Shown here piece by piece: positions 49,033-60,804 of a stretch of DNA of 64,000 nt. A program made the position numbers and the translations under genes. Source of the stretch: Macrostomum hystrix (Eukaryota > Animalia > Platyhelminthes). The notes below the pieces were generated by a model. The model was not told the DNA's origin and did no database searches. It saw only the letters and a list, made by a program, of their open reading frames with translations. Within the stretch, counting starts at the first letter, position 1; each line of letters starts with the position of its first letter. Location: assembly GCA_950097015.1 (NCBI GenBank), contig CATNEN010000013.1, positions 620,001 through 684,000 on the forward strand. Reading direction: 5' to 3'.

Positions 49033-49761
49033 CTAACTCTCAGATAAACCAGACAGTTCAATCTCATTCGGACTTCTGGAACTACCATCGCCAAGTACCC
49101 CAACGCCGCCGTCGCCGCTGCCGCCGCTACTGCTGCAGTAGCTGTCGATGCTATAGTTGTTATCGTCGCTGCAGCTCACACTGTGCGACACAGCCGTTCC
49201 TGAGTCGGCGTCTCCAGCCGAAGTCGCGGAGGAGGCGGCTGCTGCTGCGGCGGCGGCGGCTGCAGCCATTAATAAGGCGCTGGTCTTTCGCTGCGACCAC
49301 ACGCGGATGTCCTCCAGGCTGGTGCAACTGCGCGGCCTCAGATATGGATTAAACATTGGACTTTCGCTGCGCTTGCGATAGCGCCGAAGACTGCTGCAGC
49401 CGGCCGAATCATCGATGCCAGCGTGGCGTCCTAGTGTTGAATGCTGCAGTATCTGCAGGGCCTGTGGCTGACCCTGGAGACAGGCGCGGCAGTTCTGCTG
49501 CTGCTGACGCTGCTGCTCGGACTTCATCGGCGAGGCGGTGTTGGTGGCGAGACGGCTGGCGGACGGAGCGGCTGGAGCAGCCATGGACTGCGGCTCGTAG
49601 ACGCTGTAGGCCAGCAAGGACGGATGCCACACTAGTTCGGGTTCCGGCGCCAGCTGGCGCGGGTCGGTTGTTGATGGCGGTGCAGCATCGGCGACGGCAG
49701 CGCTGGCGGGATTGTTCGCGCGGCCGCAGCAGCTCAGAACGAGGCCGGAGATGGCTGGCAT
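49033..49761 (-). CDS. Uncharacterised single-exon protein, 242 aa, with low-complexity Ala/Gln/Ser tracts
   Basis: GC-rich ORF in an AT-rich surround; AAAAAAATATG start context; composition like the other genes here (poly-Q, poly-A). No domain recognised. Confidence 0.6.
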   Translation of the reverse strand: MPAISGLVLSCCGRANNPASAAVADAAPPSTTDPRQLAPEPELVWHPSLLAYSVYEPQSMAAPAAPSASRLATNTASPMKSEQQRQQQQNCRACLQGQPQALQILQHSTLGRHAGIDDSAGCSSLRRYRKRSESPMFNPYLRPRSCTSLEDIRVWSQRKTSALLMAAAAAAAAAAASSATSAGDADSGTAVSHSVSCSDDNNYSIDSYCSSSGGSGDGGVGVLGDGSSRSPNEIELSGLSES

Positions 49762-51544
49762 ATTTTTTTGTGCGCTAACTCAGCTTAGCTCTAGGTTTGT
49801 CTGGGCTGTCATTCACCAAAGTGATTTATAGCTTGCAAATTTATTATGAATAAATTTCAAGCGTGCGAGTGAAGTAATATCGTCCAGCATTGTCAAACAC
49901 AGTGCACTAGCTGCGCTATGTACATTAAGCTTACCATATATGATCCGAAATTCAGAGTGGATTGACGTACGCGCTTCCGTGAGTACATCGATTTCTTCGC
50001 GTTTCGTAATTCAGAGGAGCTCTGTGAATTCTATAAAAAATATGGTTCAAAAATCAATAGCGTTTGGAGAAAGTGTTTTGAAGAGTTTTTATCTAAAAAA
50101 CTTAACTTTTCTTTGCCCATACCCTGTATGTGATAATAACATTAGAATGCTTAGCTATTGTATTATGTACGAGTATAGTTCTCACTATGTATTAAAGCTG
50201 GGATCTAAGTTACATTCACAGCATAATGGAGTTTGCTAGGTTTATCGTTTTTGCGGTCTTTATAAAATTTGCAACTAGCTAACTATAGAGATGATTTTGG
50301 ACGTAAGCGCATTAAAAATGAAATGATTTTCATTCTCCACTTCTATAAGAACCTTTAAATTTTTGTATTTTACTTACTGCTTTATCGTCAAACAATCATA
50401 CTTTTATGAACACGACTCGCCATAAACTTTTAGACAAAAGCACTCCATCGGTTTTCAATTTGTTTTTAGCAACAAAGAGTGGCTGATTAGATTTTTCCGA
50501 TATTTCAACTCTCTCGAATTAGTATCTTTGTTTAAAAATATTTACAAACTTATTTTTGCATAAAGACCTGGTTTTGTACAAATTAGCCGTGAGGTAACTG
50601 GAAGACAGTTGCAGGAAATTCAGGAAAGCCGAATAACGGAAGCTTGAACGGAGCTTAGCTCGTATTGAATTATCGCGCAGGTTATAACAAACGACGTCAT
50701 AAAAATTATACTAACATCAGTGTACTGCTGAAATTTAAGTTTTTTATTTCTTACCTTATAAGTCCATTTGTTTAATTTAGTTCTATGAGTCCTGGATGCA
50801 GTATTTGCTTACAAACCCAATGTCAATAGCTATTCAAATTTATCGTGGTTTGTTTCAATTTATTAGACGTGCGCTTGTACTGCGCTTCTAATTAGAAAGT
50901 GTATTATAACTTGCAAAAAATAGCTGACATATTTTTCTCTATTTTTGTAAATTTTTACACTGTTAAATAAAAAGCTAGAGTATCCCTTGTCTTGATTTGC
51001 ACTTAGTTTCACGTCAATAGTTTGTAGACTAGATGAACTTATGATATAAAAACATAGATAATAGACAAAAGCAGTCACTCAAAGTTTCTGTCTATATATA
51101 TTTTTCAGTTTAAAATTCAATAAGTTAATTATTTATTATAACAGTTCCGGTTTATTTAGTAATTAGAAGCAAAAGAAAGTGGAATGAGATTATTGAACTG
51201 TGTAGGTAAATTTAGAGTTATATAAAGCTATAATACCCACTGAAGCAGCAAATGTTTTTATTTAAATTTTTATATTTTGATAAATTGACTTTGCTAGACT
51301 GACATTGTCTGTAAAATTTATTATACATTAAAACACATAGCATCTGCTTCAGCTAAATGTTTTGTCTACTAAATAGAAAATTTTTATTGTTAGCTAATTC
51401 TATGGCGACATACATAAAACAAAAAATGTAATTTTCAAAATTTACAGAACTAATATTTAAATGCCTGCTCCTAGTTAACAAAAGCATGAGGTCAATAAAC
51501 AGTGTCCTCCCCATTCTCTAATAAAATATGAATTTTCAGCTAAA

Positions 51545-54500
51545 ATGTCCGCTCCAATTAGCAACTCGCGTCTGCGCGTACCGAACGGCTTCCAAGCCCT
51601 GCTGGAGGGCTTCACTAGGGAGGTGTTGCGCAACCAGCCGACAGACATCTACGCATTCGGCGCTCTCTACTTCGAGGAGATGCTGCGCCGTCGTGAGGAG
51701 ACTGGCGAAGAGGATCCGGCCCAGCTGGCCCTGCGGCTGCAGGATCGACTGCGCAACGGCGCCAACTTTAGCGACGGTCGGCAGATCGGCGACCCCAGCG
51801 ATCCGCGCCAGCAGCAGGCCTCCGTGGTCATTCAGTCGGACTACAGGAGACGGGCGGCTCAGCGCGAAGCTGACAGAATTCGACGGGACAGAGCCGCCGG
51901 CGATATTCAGGCGGCTGTTCGAGGTCATCAGGAACGGCGCAATGGTGACAACGGGTGAGAGTCGTTACCATGGTAACCATTGGTTTTTAGCCTGCTTACC
52001 TGGTGATACCTATTGTTTAACACCCTTTTACTTGTGATTTCTGGTTATTTACCCATGTTTTCCTGGTGTTGTAGCCTAGTGGTTAGGGCGTCGGAAATGC
52101 GACCTGAAGGTCGGGGGTTCGATTACTGACTCCACTGCAACAATTTAGCAAGATAATTAATTCTGCATCGCTTCAGTTCACCCAGCTGTTAAATGGGTAC
52201 CAACATTAGCTCGGGTAATTGAGGGTGGGTGTGGCGTCCCCCCAGTCCATGGACTGAACGGCCGTACGCAGCCTTCAGATGCGCCGCGCAATAGCTGGTC
52301 AGGTGTAATAAACTTTTATCAATATATATTATTTCCTGGTAATGTTGAGCTGGTTTCTCCTTTTCATCCCCTATATAACACCGTTTGTAATGAGAAATTC
52401 AGAAAGCTAAGAAATTGATGAAGTGTACGATTTCTTTTCTGATTTTCTTCTGGCTTGAAAATGTGAGTCTTAGGGTTGGTGAGTATGTTTTGCCTGTGGC
52501 TAAACAAATGCTGGAGCTTCGACTGTACTCAGCTCTCAGTAACTCATTCTCTTTGCACTATGGAATACTAGAACTGTATTGGCCCACATGGCATTGCTCC
52601 AGTCGGCCCTGACTGAGTCAACATTTCTGCTTTTACCTTAAATTTCAGTCTCTCCTTCTCCGCTCCTCTACATTCTATACCGATGTCTAATTTCAAGCAC
52701 GTAAAATAGATGATTGCTGAGCGAAAGCTCGAGCAGTTTGAGTACCTAATAAGCATTTGCGGTAGTTCATTTCTAGATTCAGAAAAAAGGCTTTGCTCAT
52801 GTTTTGGATCGTGGAACAATGATGGAATGGTTTCGGATATGGTTTCGGGTCTTCGGATTTGAATTCGGGAATTTAGATTTGGTGAGCACAGTGAGTACAG
52901 TGTGAGCATAGTGAGCACAAAATGAGCACAGTGAGTTCGGAATGCGTTTTAAAACTCCACTCGTTATTGAGTTTGCCAGTGGCAAAGGAACTTAACTAAA
53001 GAGCATGAACAAATTATCTGTGTCTGTCGATTATTTTGAGTTCCCACGAGCTTCCCCACTTCCTCATAGCATCAAAGCTTGGGGTTTGAGCATGCTCAGC
53101 TGGTTCACACTGGCCCAGCTTCCCCGTTCGATCCATCGAAATTGTTCCCAGTGTGCGCAGGCTAAGGCCACTTTCATGTCCCACCGAGGAAGTCCCGGAT
53201 GCAGGTCATGCAGCTTAGACATTGGAAAGACCCGGCCAACGAATGGATGGGTACAGAGAGCAAAAAAATAGAGATTGGCAAAGAAAAATACGATGAAACA
53301 ATGTCTCTAATCAATAGGGATCTGGGAAATGTTGAGCTTGCTCAGGAGCCCCCTATACCTCGCGGGCTAAAGAGAAAATCCAAATAAGAGACGAGACACG
53401 GGAGAGATTAGATACTGGAGAGATTAGATACTGTAGAGATTAGATACTGGAGAGATTAGATACTGGAGAGATTAGATACTGGAGAGATTAGATGCTGGAG
53501 AGATTAGATACTGGAGAGATTAGATACTGGAGAGATTAGATACAGGAAAGATTAGATACTGGAGAGATTAGATACAGGAGAGATTAGATACTGGAGAGAT
53601 TAGATACGGGAGAGATTCGATACGGGAGGGATTAGATACGGGAGAGACGAGACACGGGAGAGATGAGACACGGGAGAGATAAGACACGGGAGAGATGAGA
53701 CACAGGAGAGATGAGACTCGGGAGAGATGAGACACAGGAGAGATGAGACACAGGAGAGATGAGACACGGGAGAGATGAGACACAGGAGAGATGAGACACG
53801 GGAGAGATGAGACACAGGAGAGATGAGACACGGGAGAGATGAGACACGGGAGAGATGAGACACAGGAGAGATGAGACACAGGAGAGATGAGACACAGGAG
53901 AGATGAGACACGGGAGAGATGAGACACGGGAGAGATGAGACACAGGAGAGATGAGACACAGGAGAGATGAGACACGGGAGAGATGAGACACGGGAGAGAT
54001 GAGACACAGGAGAGATGAGACACTGGGAGACACGGAGCGAAAAGTCTTGGCTAGAGGGCCGGACTCAGCATGAGGTCCCTGACCCCTGAGTTAAAAAAGC
54101 CAGGGAACAGCCATAGCCGAGGGGCAATGATGCACTCGAACAGATTATGTTTCTTTTAAGCCTCTGAACTCCCCTTTAATCTTGATTTAGAAACTTTCGC
54201 CCTAAAGCGGGTCCCTAGGCGCGTCCCAATTACGCGGTCATTAATTATGCCCGTTGCTGCGGACTAGAGGGTGGGCAAGGTCCGAATTCGAGAGCATTGG
54301 TGAGATACCGGACAGGACAGGACAGGGCGTTAGCAACAGGCGGACAAGTACGCGCCGGAGTGGGGTGGGTGAGCTCGGCTGTCCTCCGCTCCACCCACCC
54401 ACCTCCGCCATCCCCATGCTTATCTCATTTTCAGGTGCTTCCCCCTGAAAATTGTTTAATTATTTTTTAAGTCATGATTTTGTTATTGTCTTTCTAGATT

Positions 54501-57500
54501 CGAACCACAGATCACACAGTTCCAAATCAGCAATACCCTCAGTGGCTAATGAAAAAAAAATTTTCTCATGCATTCAGTCGTCAGGTTTGGGTCGGATTTA
54601 AGCTTCCTGGGCGTTTACAGCCTGCGTGAGATCGGAGATCAGACCAACATAAAATCGAGAATATTATTTCTATGCGCGTAGCTAAAATATTATAAATCCT
54701 ATCAACAGTATTCATGCACCTGTCCATTCTCATCTTGTCGCTTTTCAATCTTACGAATCACGCCATCTATTGAAGTTATTTAGATTCCGCCCAGCCGAAA
54801 TCACTCCTATTTTCCTACATCTCATTCACCCCGAAATCGCTTCCTCTTATCTTGTTTCTACTTTCTAATCAAACCATATCTGTTCTCTTATTCTCCCCAT
54901 TCAATCAGCTCCCTCCCATCTCTCCTTCCTCCACTCTCCCATCTCTCCTTCCTCCACTCTCCCATCTCTCCTTCCTCCACTCTCCCATCTCTCCTTCCTC
55001 CACTCTCCCATCTCTCCTTCCTCCACTCTTCCATCTCTCCTTCCTCCACTCTCCCATCTCTCCTTCCTCCACTCTCCCATCTCTCCTTCCTCCACTCTCC
55101 CATCTCTCCTTCCCCCACTCTCCCATCTCTCCTTCCCCCTCTCCCACCTCTCCTTCCCCCTCTCCCATCTCTCCTTCCCCCTCTCCCATCTCTCCTTCCC
55201 CCTCTCCCATCTTTCCTTCCCCCTCTCCCACCTCTCCTCCCCCCTCTCCCACCTCTCCTCCCCCCTCTCCCACCTCTCCTTCCCCCTTTCCCACCTCTCC
55301 GTCCCCCTCTCCCACCTCTCCTTCCTCCAATAGGCGGAGTACGAAGGCCGCTGAGCAGTCCCACTCTCTCTCCCTCTCATTTCTGTCACCTCATTGCCTA
55401 AAACACACAGGAAACGAAAATTCGGACACAGTAACCTTGAACTTCCGCAGTCCAACTATGCAACGCCTGTCACCAGACATTTGAGTATACTCAATCGACA
55501 GTCTATGCTCACTTGCCACACTCCAGTGTAGTCAGATTTATGATTACTGTGCGATTCTGCGAAATGTTAGATTTAGTAATGAGTCTATCTATTGAATTCA
55601 TTATTGCTCCGAGGAATCCAACAAACTGCAATTACCTCTCTTTATCTCCGCTCTAACTCTCTCTATCTCAAATCTACCTCTCTCTATCTCAAATCTACCT
55701 CTCTCTATCTCAAATCTACCTCTCTCTATCTCAAATCTACCTCTCTCTATCCCAAATCTACCTCTCTCTATCTCAAATCTACCTCTCTCTATCCCAAATC
55801 TACCTCTCTCTATCTCAGATCTACCTCTCTCTATCTCCGCTCTACCTCTCTATATTCGCTACCGGTCTCGCCTCTACCATCTACACATTCTCATTCTGTA
55901 TTTTAACCAGTCCTATCTTAGATCTCCATGCACCGATAACGAGTGTTTGTGATGAGGTACCTGATCACTAGAATTGGCTTCTGGTATTTCTCTCTCGTCT
56001 TTTGCTTCGTGACCATCTCATGCCGAGAATTTTTCTTTGATGTTAAACTGACTGGCTTGCCTATAACTGATCACTTTCTTTTTATTCTTCTAGGACGCAG
56101 GGACGGCCAGATGATGAGGAGGTGAGTGCAATCAGGGCTACTATGATGTGTTTTAATAATGTGTTTATGTATAGTACATACTGTGTTTAAATAGTGAACT
56201 GTGCTAAAATTGAAGAGAATAGCAACACTTAATGATAAAGTGAATGATGACATTTCAGGCAGGAATAGCCAGTCAGGCAGCCTATCGCTAGTGCTGTTCT
56301 GGGAAATGGGGATTTAGGCGGTGAGTCTACAGATTCCGCGAGTAAATAAAGAGCTTTAAACAAAAAATTCTGTTGCAATCAGCTACCCCTATGAACTATT
56401 CTGCAACAAAAAGTTTTATACTAAGAGTGGGATAATGGGATATTAAAATATATATGTCTGATTGGATTGGCTGAGAAATACAGGCAGAATGGCATTTTTT
56501 CGGACCAGGTTTCAGGTCACGGTGAAATAGACAGAGAGAGAAAAGAGATTGGGGGAGTGGGATATTTCGCCCATACTCGTCCATACTTCCCCCACCGTTC
56601 CCGTAGCTCGGCTGTACTCAGAAAATTGAGTACTCAAACGGCTCGACTGTACTGAACTGCGTGGCGTAGATTATTTTTCATAAGAATGGGCTCTAACTAC
56701 GAGTATGCGAGTTTTTGAGTCTAGCTGAGTTTTTTTCTTTTAATCATTGTCTGAGCAGACGATCCATTTGCAAACATATTTCTAATGGATAGTTCTATTT
56801 ATAGCTCACACTCTCAATTCAGTCCGGCTTTTTAACCGTTCTGTTCCAATATAGTGCCTTAGCAACCGGACTGCGTCCCTAGCAACGCGCCATGAAGTTT
56901 CATAAAATGTCATAACGAATAGAGATAAAAAACCAAGAGATAGAGAGGCCACTGACAGAAATTTGGTTGCAAAAATTTTCGCAAGTTTCATTTCACATTT
57001 CATTTTTACAACCAGTTAGCATTTGTCTTTATCTACCTCACATCTATTCTCTCTCACCTCTATCTACCTCACATCTATTCTCTCTCACCTCTATCTACCT
57101 CACATCTATTCTCTCTCACCTCTATCTACCTCAAATCTATTCTTTCTCACCTCCATCTGCCTCACATCTGTTCTTTCTCACCTCTATCTGCCTCACATCT
57201 ATTCTTTCTCACCTCTATCTGCCTCACATCTATTCTTTCTCACCTCTATCTGCCTCACATCTATTCTTTCTCACCTCTATCTGCCTCACATCTGTTCTTT
57301 CTCACCTCTATCTGCCTCACATCTGTTCTTTCTCACCTCTATCTGCCTCACATCTATTCTCTCTCACCTCTATCTGCCTCACATCTATTCTTTCTCACCT
57401 CTATCTGCCTCACATCTGTTCTTTCTCACCTCTATCTGCCTCACATCTATTCTCTCTCACCTCTATCTACCTCAAATCAATTCTCTCTCACCTCTATCCA

Positions 57501-60500
57501 CCTCAAATCAATTCTCTCTCACCTCTACCTACCTTAAATCAATTCTCCCTGACCTCTATCTACCTCGCATCGATTCTCTCACCTCTGTCTATCGGGAAGC
57601 AATTTAGAATGGAAAGGCGGGGTTTGGCAGAATTTTGGTCAGAAGTGCGCCGAAAATAGATAATTAGCGAATTTAAAAAATTCATCAGCCAGCTGCATTT
57701 GAGTCGCCCCGCTCACTGGGACTGTGTCTGGGAGAAGATCCTATGCCAAGCTGCTCCTGTTTCAGTCCGTGACAGCGTTTTTCTCTAACCCTATTCCTTC
57801 CCCAGGGAGTGTACAGTCCTGCACTGCTAGAGCAGTGGCAGCAGCAGCAGCAGCAGCAGCTAGATAGTGTTTGGGCTTTTGTTTCAATAAAAGCCATTTG
57901 CCCCGCCGAGAACGGAAACAGGGAGTATACATTTTAAAACACCGACTGCAATAAAAGCTACTTATAGTAGAGCGTGAAGTTTCTTCTAGAAATAACAACA
58001 TCGATTTTGTTACGACCCCCACGGCCACCAGGTGGACATCGATCTGGACGATCCGGAGGTGGCCGCCGCGGCCCAGAAGATTCAAGCAGGCTTCAAGGGC
58101 TACAAGACCCGGAAGCAGATGAAACAGCAGAAGGCACAGCCGAAGAAGAAGCCAGTTAAGGAAGAGGTACCTAAAGCTAACGAGTTGTTTGTTTAAGAAA
58201 TGCCAATTCTGTTTCCTAGAGCCTAGAATTCCTAGGTTTCCTAGAATTCCTAGATTTCCTAGATTTCCTAGATTTCCTAGAATTCCTAGAATTCCTAGAT
58301 TTCCTAGATTTCCTAGAATTCCTAGATTTCCTAGAATTCCTAGATTTCCTAGATTTCCTAGAATTCCTAGATTTCCTAGATTTCCTAGATTTCCTAGAAT
58401 TCCTAGATTTTCTAGATTTCCTAGATTTCTTAGATTTCCTAGATTTTCTACATTTCCTTGATTTCTTAGATTTTCTAGTTTTCCTAGATTTTCTAGTTTT
58501 CCTAGTTTTACTAGACATCTGCCCTGACTTTTTTATCGTCGGGCAGTGTACACTTCACTGTGCCTTGGAGGTTTGCCCTCAAGGGCGTAAATTGCACGAC
58601 AAGCCCCCAAGCCTTCTCTCCGCGGCTGCGCCCCAAATAAATGTGGCTTCGCCGAAGAATCGAACTCAGGGACCTTGGTGCGAGTGGCAAACGCTCTGCC
58701 ACTCACCCCCATAAAGTTGATTTTTATTTTTTCTTGCACTTTTCAATCACTGTTTTCTCTAGGTGGACATCGATCTCGACGATCCCGAAGTTGGCGCGGC
58801 TGCCGAGAAGATTCAAGCCGGCTTCAAAGGCTACAAGACCCGGAAGCAGATGAAACAGCAGAAACAGCAGCAGCAGCAGCAGCATCAATCTTCTGGTCGA
58901 CAGGAAGATAAGGAGGTGAAGATTGTGATTTTTATCTTCCCCGATTTGTGTTCTTTTTTTAGGTTCTCGACGCTTAAAATTCAGTTAGGTGGCTGTAGCC
59001 TAGTGGTTAGGGCGTCGGACTAACGGCTTTAAGGTCGGGGGTTCGATTCCCGATTCCACTAGAAGAATTTGTGCCCTTTAGCTGGACACTTATCTCTGCA
59101 TTGCGTCAGCTAACCCAGCTGTTAAGTTGGTACCAGCATCAGCTGGGGTAATTGAGGGTGGGTGTGGCGTCTCGCCAGTCCATGGACTGAACAGCTGTAC
59201 GCAGCCTTCAGATGCGCCGCGCAATGGCTGTGGCTGTGCTGTCCGCTGCACATCTGGCCCAATTGGGGCAGGTGTAATCTATTATTTTTATTTATTTATT
59301 ATTATCGGCGCTTATCAAGATACTGATTTATTTGTCCTTTAAAATAAAATAATAGTTAAAAGCGCACAAGTCGGAGCCACTCTAAAAACCTCGCCACGCC
59401 TTACCCGCCTAGCAGGTGGACATCGACTTGAACGATCCCGAAGTTGGCGCGGCTGCCGAGAAGATTCAAGCCGGGTTCAAGGGCTACAAGACCCGGAAGC
59501 AGATGAAGCAGCAACAGCAGCACCAGAGACCTAAATCTTCTGGTCGGAAGACAGAAGAGGAGGTAAGCTTTTAAGTTAAATATTTTCCCATTTCACGTTT
59601 TGCTGCCAATCCCAATGGCGAACTCCAGGTGGACATCGACTTGAACGATCCCGAAGTTGGCGCTGCTGCAGAGAAGATTCAGGCCGGCTTCAAGGGCTAC
59701 AAGACCCGGAAGCAGATGAAGCAGCAGAAGGCAGCATCAGTTCCGGCTCCAGTCAAGAAGGTGCAGCCAGAGGTGAGGCTCAATTAGACTTTGAGCAGTT
59801 CTAAATCCAGGAAGGGCCCGAGCTCGAATCCGCGGCGGGGGGAGTTGCATTAATTTAGGCATTGTCGTGCAATTTACGCTCATGAGGGCCAACCTCCTGA
59901 GGCACAGTGAGGTCAGGAGTCAGCGGAATGGGGTCAGCAGTGTTTCTACAGTCGCTGTTGATTCGTTAGTGACCACAGCCACTACAAATACTATTTTTAA
60001 GACTTCATTAGGCCATCATTAACAAATCAACTGCCCAGATACTAACAATACCCAGTCGCCACTGATTTCTCTCCCAAAGGCCGAGGTCGATATCGATCTG
60101 GACGATCCGGAAGTAGCGGCGGCAGCAGAGAAGATTCAGGCCGGCTTCAAGGGCTACAAGACCCGGAAGCAGATGAAGCAGCAGCAACTCGTGCCTAGCA
60201 GAGAGTCTAAATCACCTTCGAAATCCAATGATCCTGGTGTAAGTACTATAACAATAATTGCATGAGGGCTGTGGGCAATAATTCCACATCATTTGGTGAC
60301 ACTAGACCCGCAGCCAGCGAGGAGGCAGTTCTGTCTATTTCGCTGACTCCTGAGCACACACACAGATACTGTACGCACGCACTCGCTCACACAGGTGTGT
60401 AGTGTACACTCTCACTGCGCCTTATGAGGCTGGCGCGAATTGCACGACAAGCCCTCATGCCTTCTCTCCGCGACTGCGTCTCAAATAAATGTGGCCTCGC

Positions 60501-60804
60501 CGCGGAATCGAGCTCAGGGGCCTTAGTGCGAGAGACAAACGCGTTAGACCGTGACAAAATGCGACTCAATCCGTAACCTATTTACTTAAACTAAATTAAG
60601 AGAATTTAGGAACATAAAGACTTGATTCGGAATCTACTAGATAAAAGTGGGATAAATGGAGATATCCTCAAAATCACCCAGGTGGACATCGATCTGGACG
60701 ATCCGGAAGTTGGCGCCGCCGCCGAGAAGATCCAGGCCGGTTTCAAGGGCTACAAGACCCGGAAGCAGATGAAACAGCAGAAAGAGGCAAAATCTAGGAC
60801 TGAT
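51545..60804 (+). CDS. spa17: Sperm surface protein Sp17-like (RIIa D/D domain plus 8 IQ motifs); exons 51545-51954, 56094-56121, 58032-58166, 58763-58915, 59416-59562, 59629-59772, 60080-60238, 60682-60804; continues 3'
   Basis: The N-terminus [47 protein letters not shown] matches the Sp17 RIIa domain. Two divergent IQ motifs lie in exon 1. A 28-nt linker exon joins in phase. Six phase-0 exons each encode VDIDL(D/N)[25 protein letters not shown]. Confidence 0.85.
51964..51977. promoter_or_regulatory. Perfect palindromic RFX X-box GTTACCATGGTAAC
   Basis: 14-bp palindrome fitting the X-box consensus, 10 bp into intron 1 of the Sp17-like gene. Confidence 0.7.
52065..52310 (+). mobile_element. 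SINE family 1 copy in Sp17-like intron 1
   Basis: TAGCCTAGTGG A-box, GGTTCGATT B-box, central core and 3' domain. Confidence 0.88.
53343..54088 (-). mobile_element. Second, degenerate hAT-like MITE carrying the same 16-bp satellite family (array 53390-54030)
   Basis: The reverse strand begins CAGGGGTC...TCCGGCCC. The array unit GGGAGAGATGAGACAC is the reverse complement of the 47.7-kb unit. No TSD found. Confidence 0.5.
54910..55325. repeat. 23/21-bp polypyrimidine minisatellite (TCTCCCATCTCTCCTTCCTCCAC)n
   Basis: Direct reading. Confidence 0.95.
55630..55850. repeat. 21-bp minisatellite (CTCTCTCTATCTCAAATCTAC)n
   Basis: Direct reading. Confidence 0.93.
57030..57590. repeat. 31-bp minisatellite (TCTCACCTCTATCTGCCTCACATCTATTCTT)n
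   Basis: Direct reading. Confidence 0.95.
58210..58510. repeat. 9-bp tandem repeat (TTCCTAGAW)n in Sp17-like intron
   Basis: Direct reading. Confidence 0.95.
58514..58710 (-). mobile_element. SINE family 2 copy
   Basis: Reverse complement of 39220-39425. Confidence 0.85.
58988..59310 (+). mobile_element. SINE family 1, full-length copy with AT-rich tail
   Basis: TAGCCTAGTGG A-box, GGTTCGATTCCC B-box, core and complete 3' domain. Confidence 0.9.
59808..59930 (+). mobile_element. SINE family 2, degenerate fragment
   Basis: GAGCTCGAATCCGCGG...GTGCAATTTACG...GGGCCAACCTCC...GGCACAGTGA. Confidence 0.7.
60340..60552 (-). mobile_element. SINE family 2 copy
   Basis: Reverse complement of the 39.2-kb copy, including its CACACCTGTGTGAGC tail. 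Confidence 0.85.

Noticed and set aside
4486-58510. Tandem arrays as CRISPR arrays
   Set aside because: No unique spacers, no cas genes, and the context is eukaryotic with spliceosomal introns.
58988-59060. tRNA-like sequences at the SINE heads as real tRNA genes
   Set aside because: The anticodon region differs among copies, acceptor stems do not close, and each runs into a SINE body.
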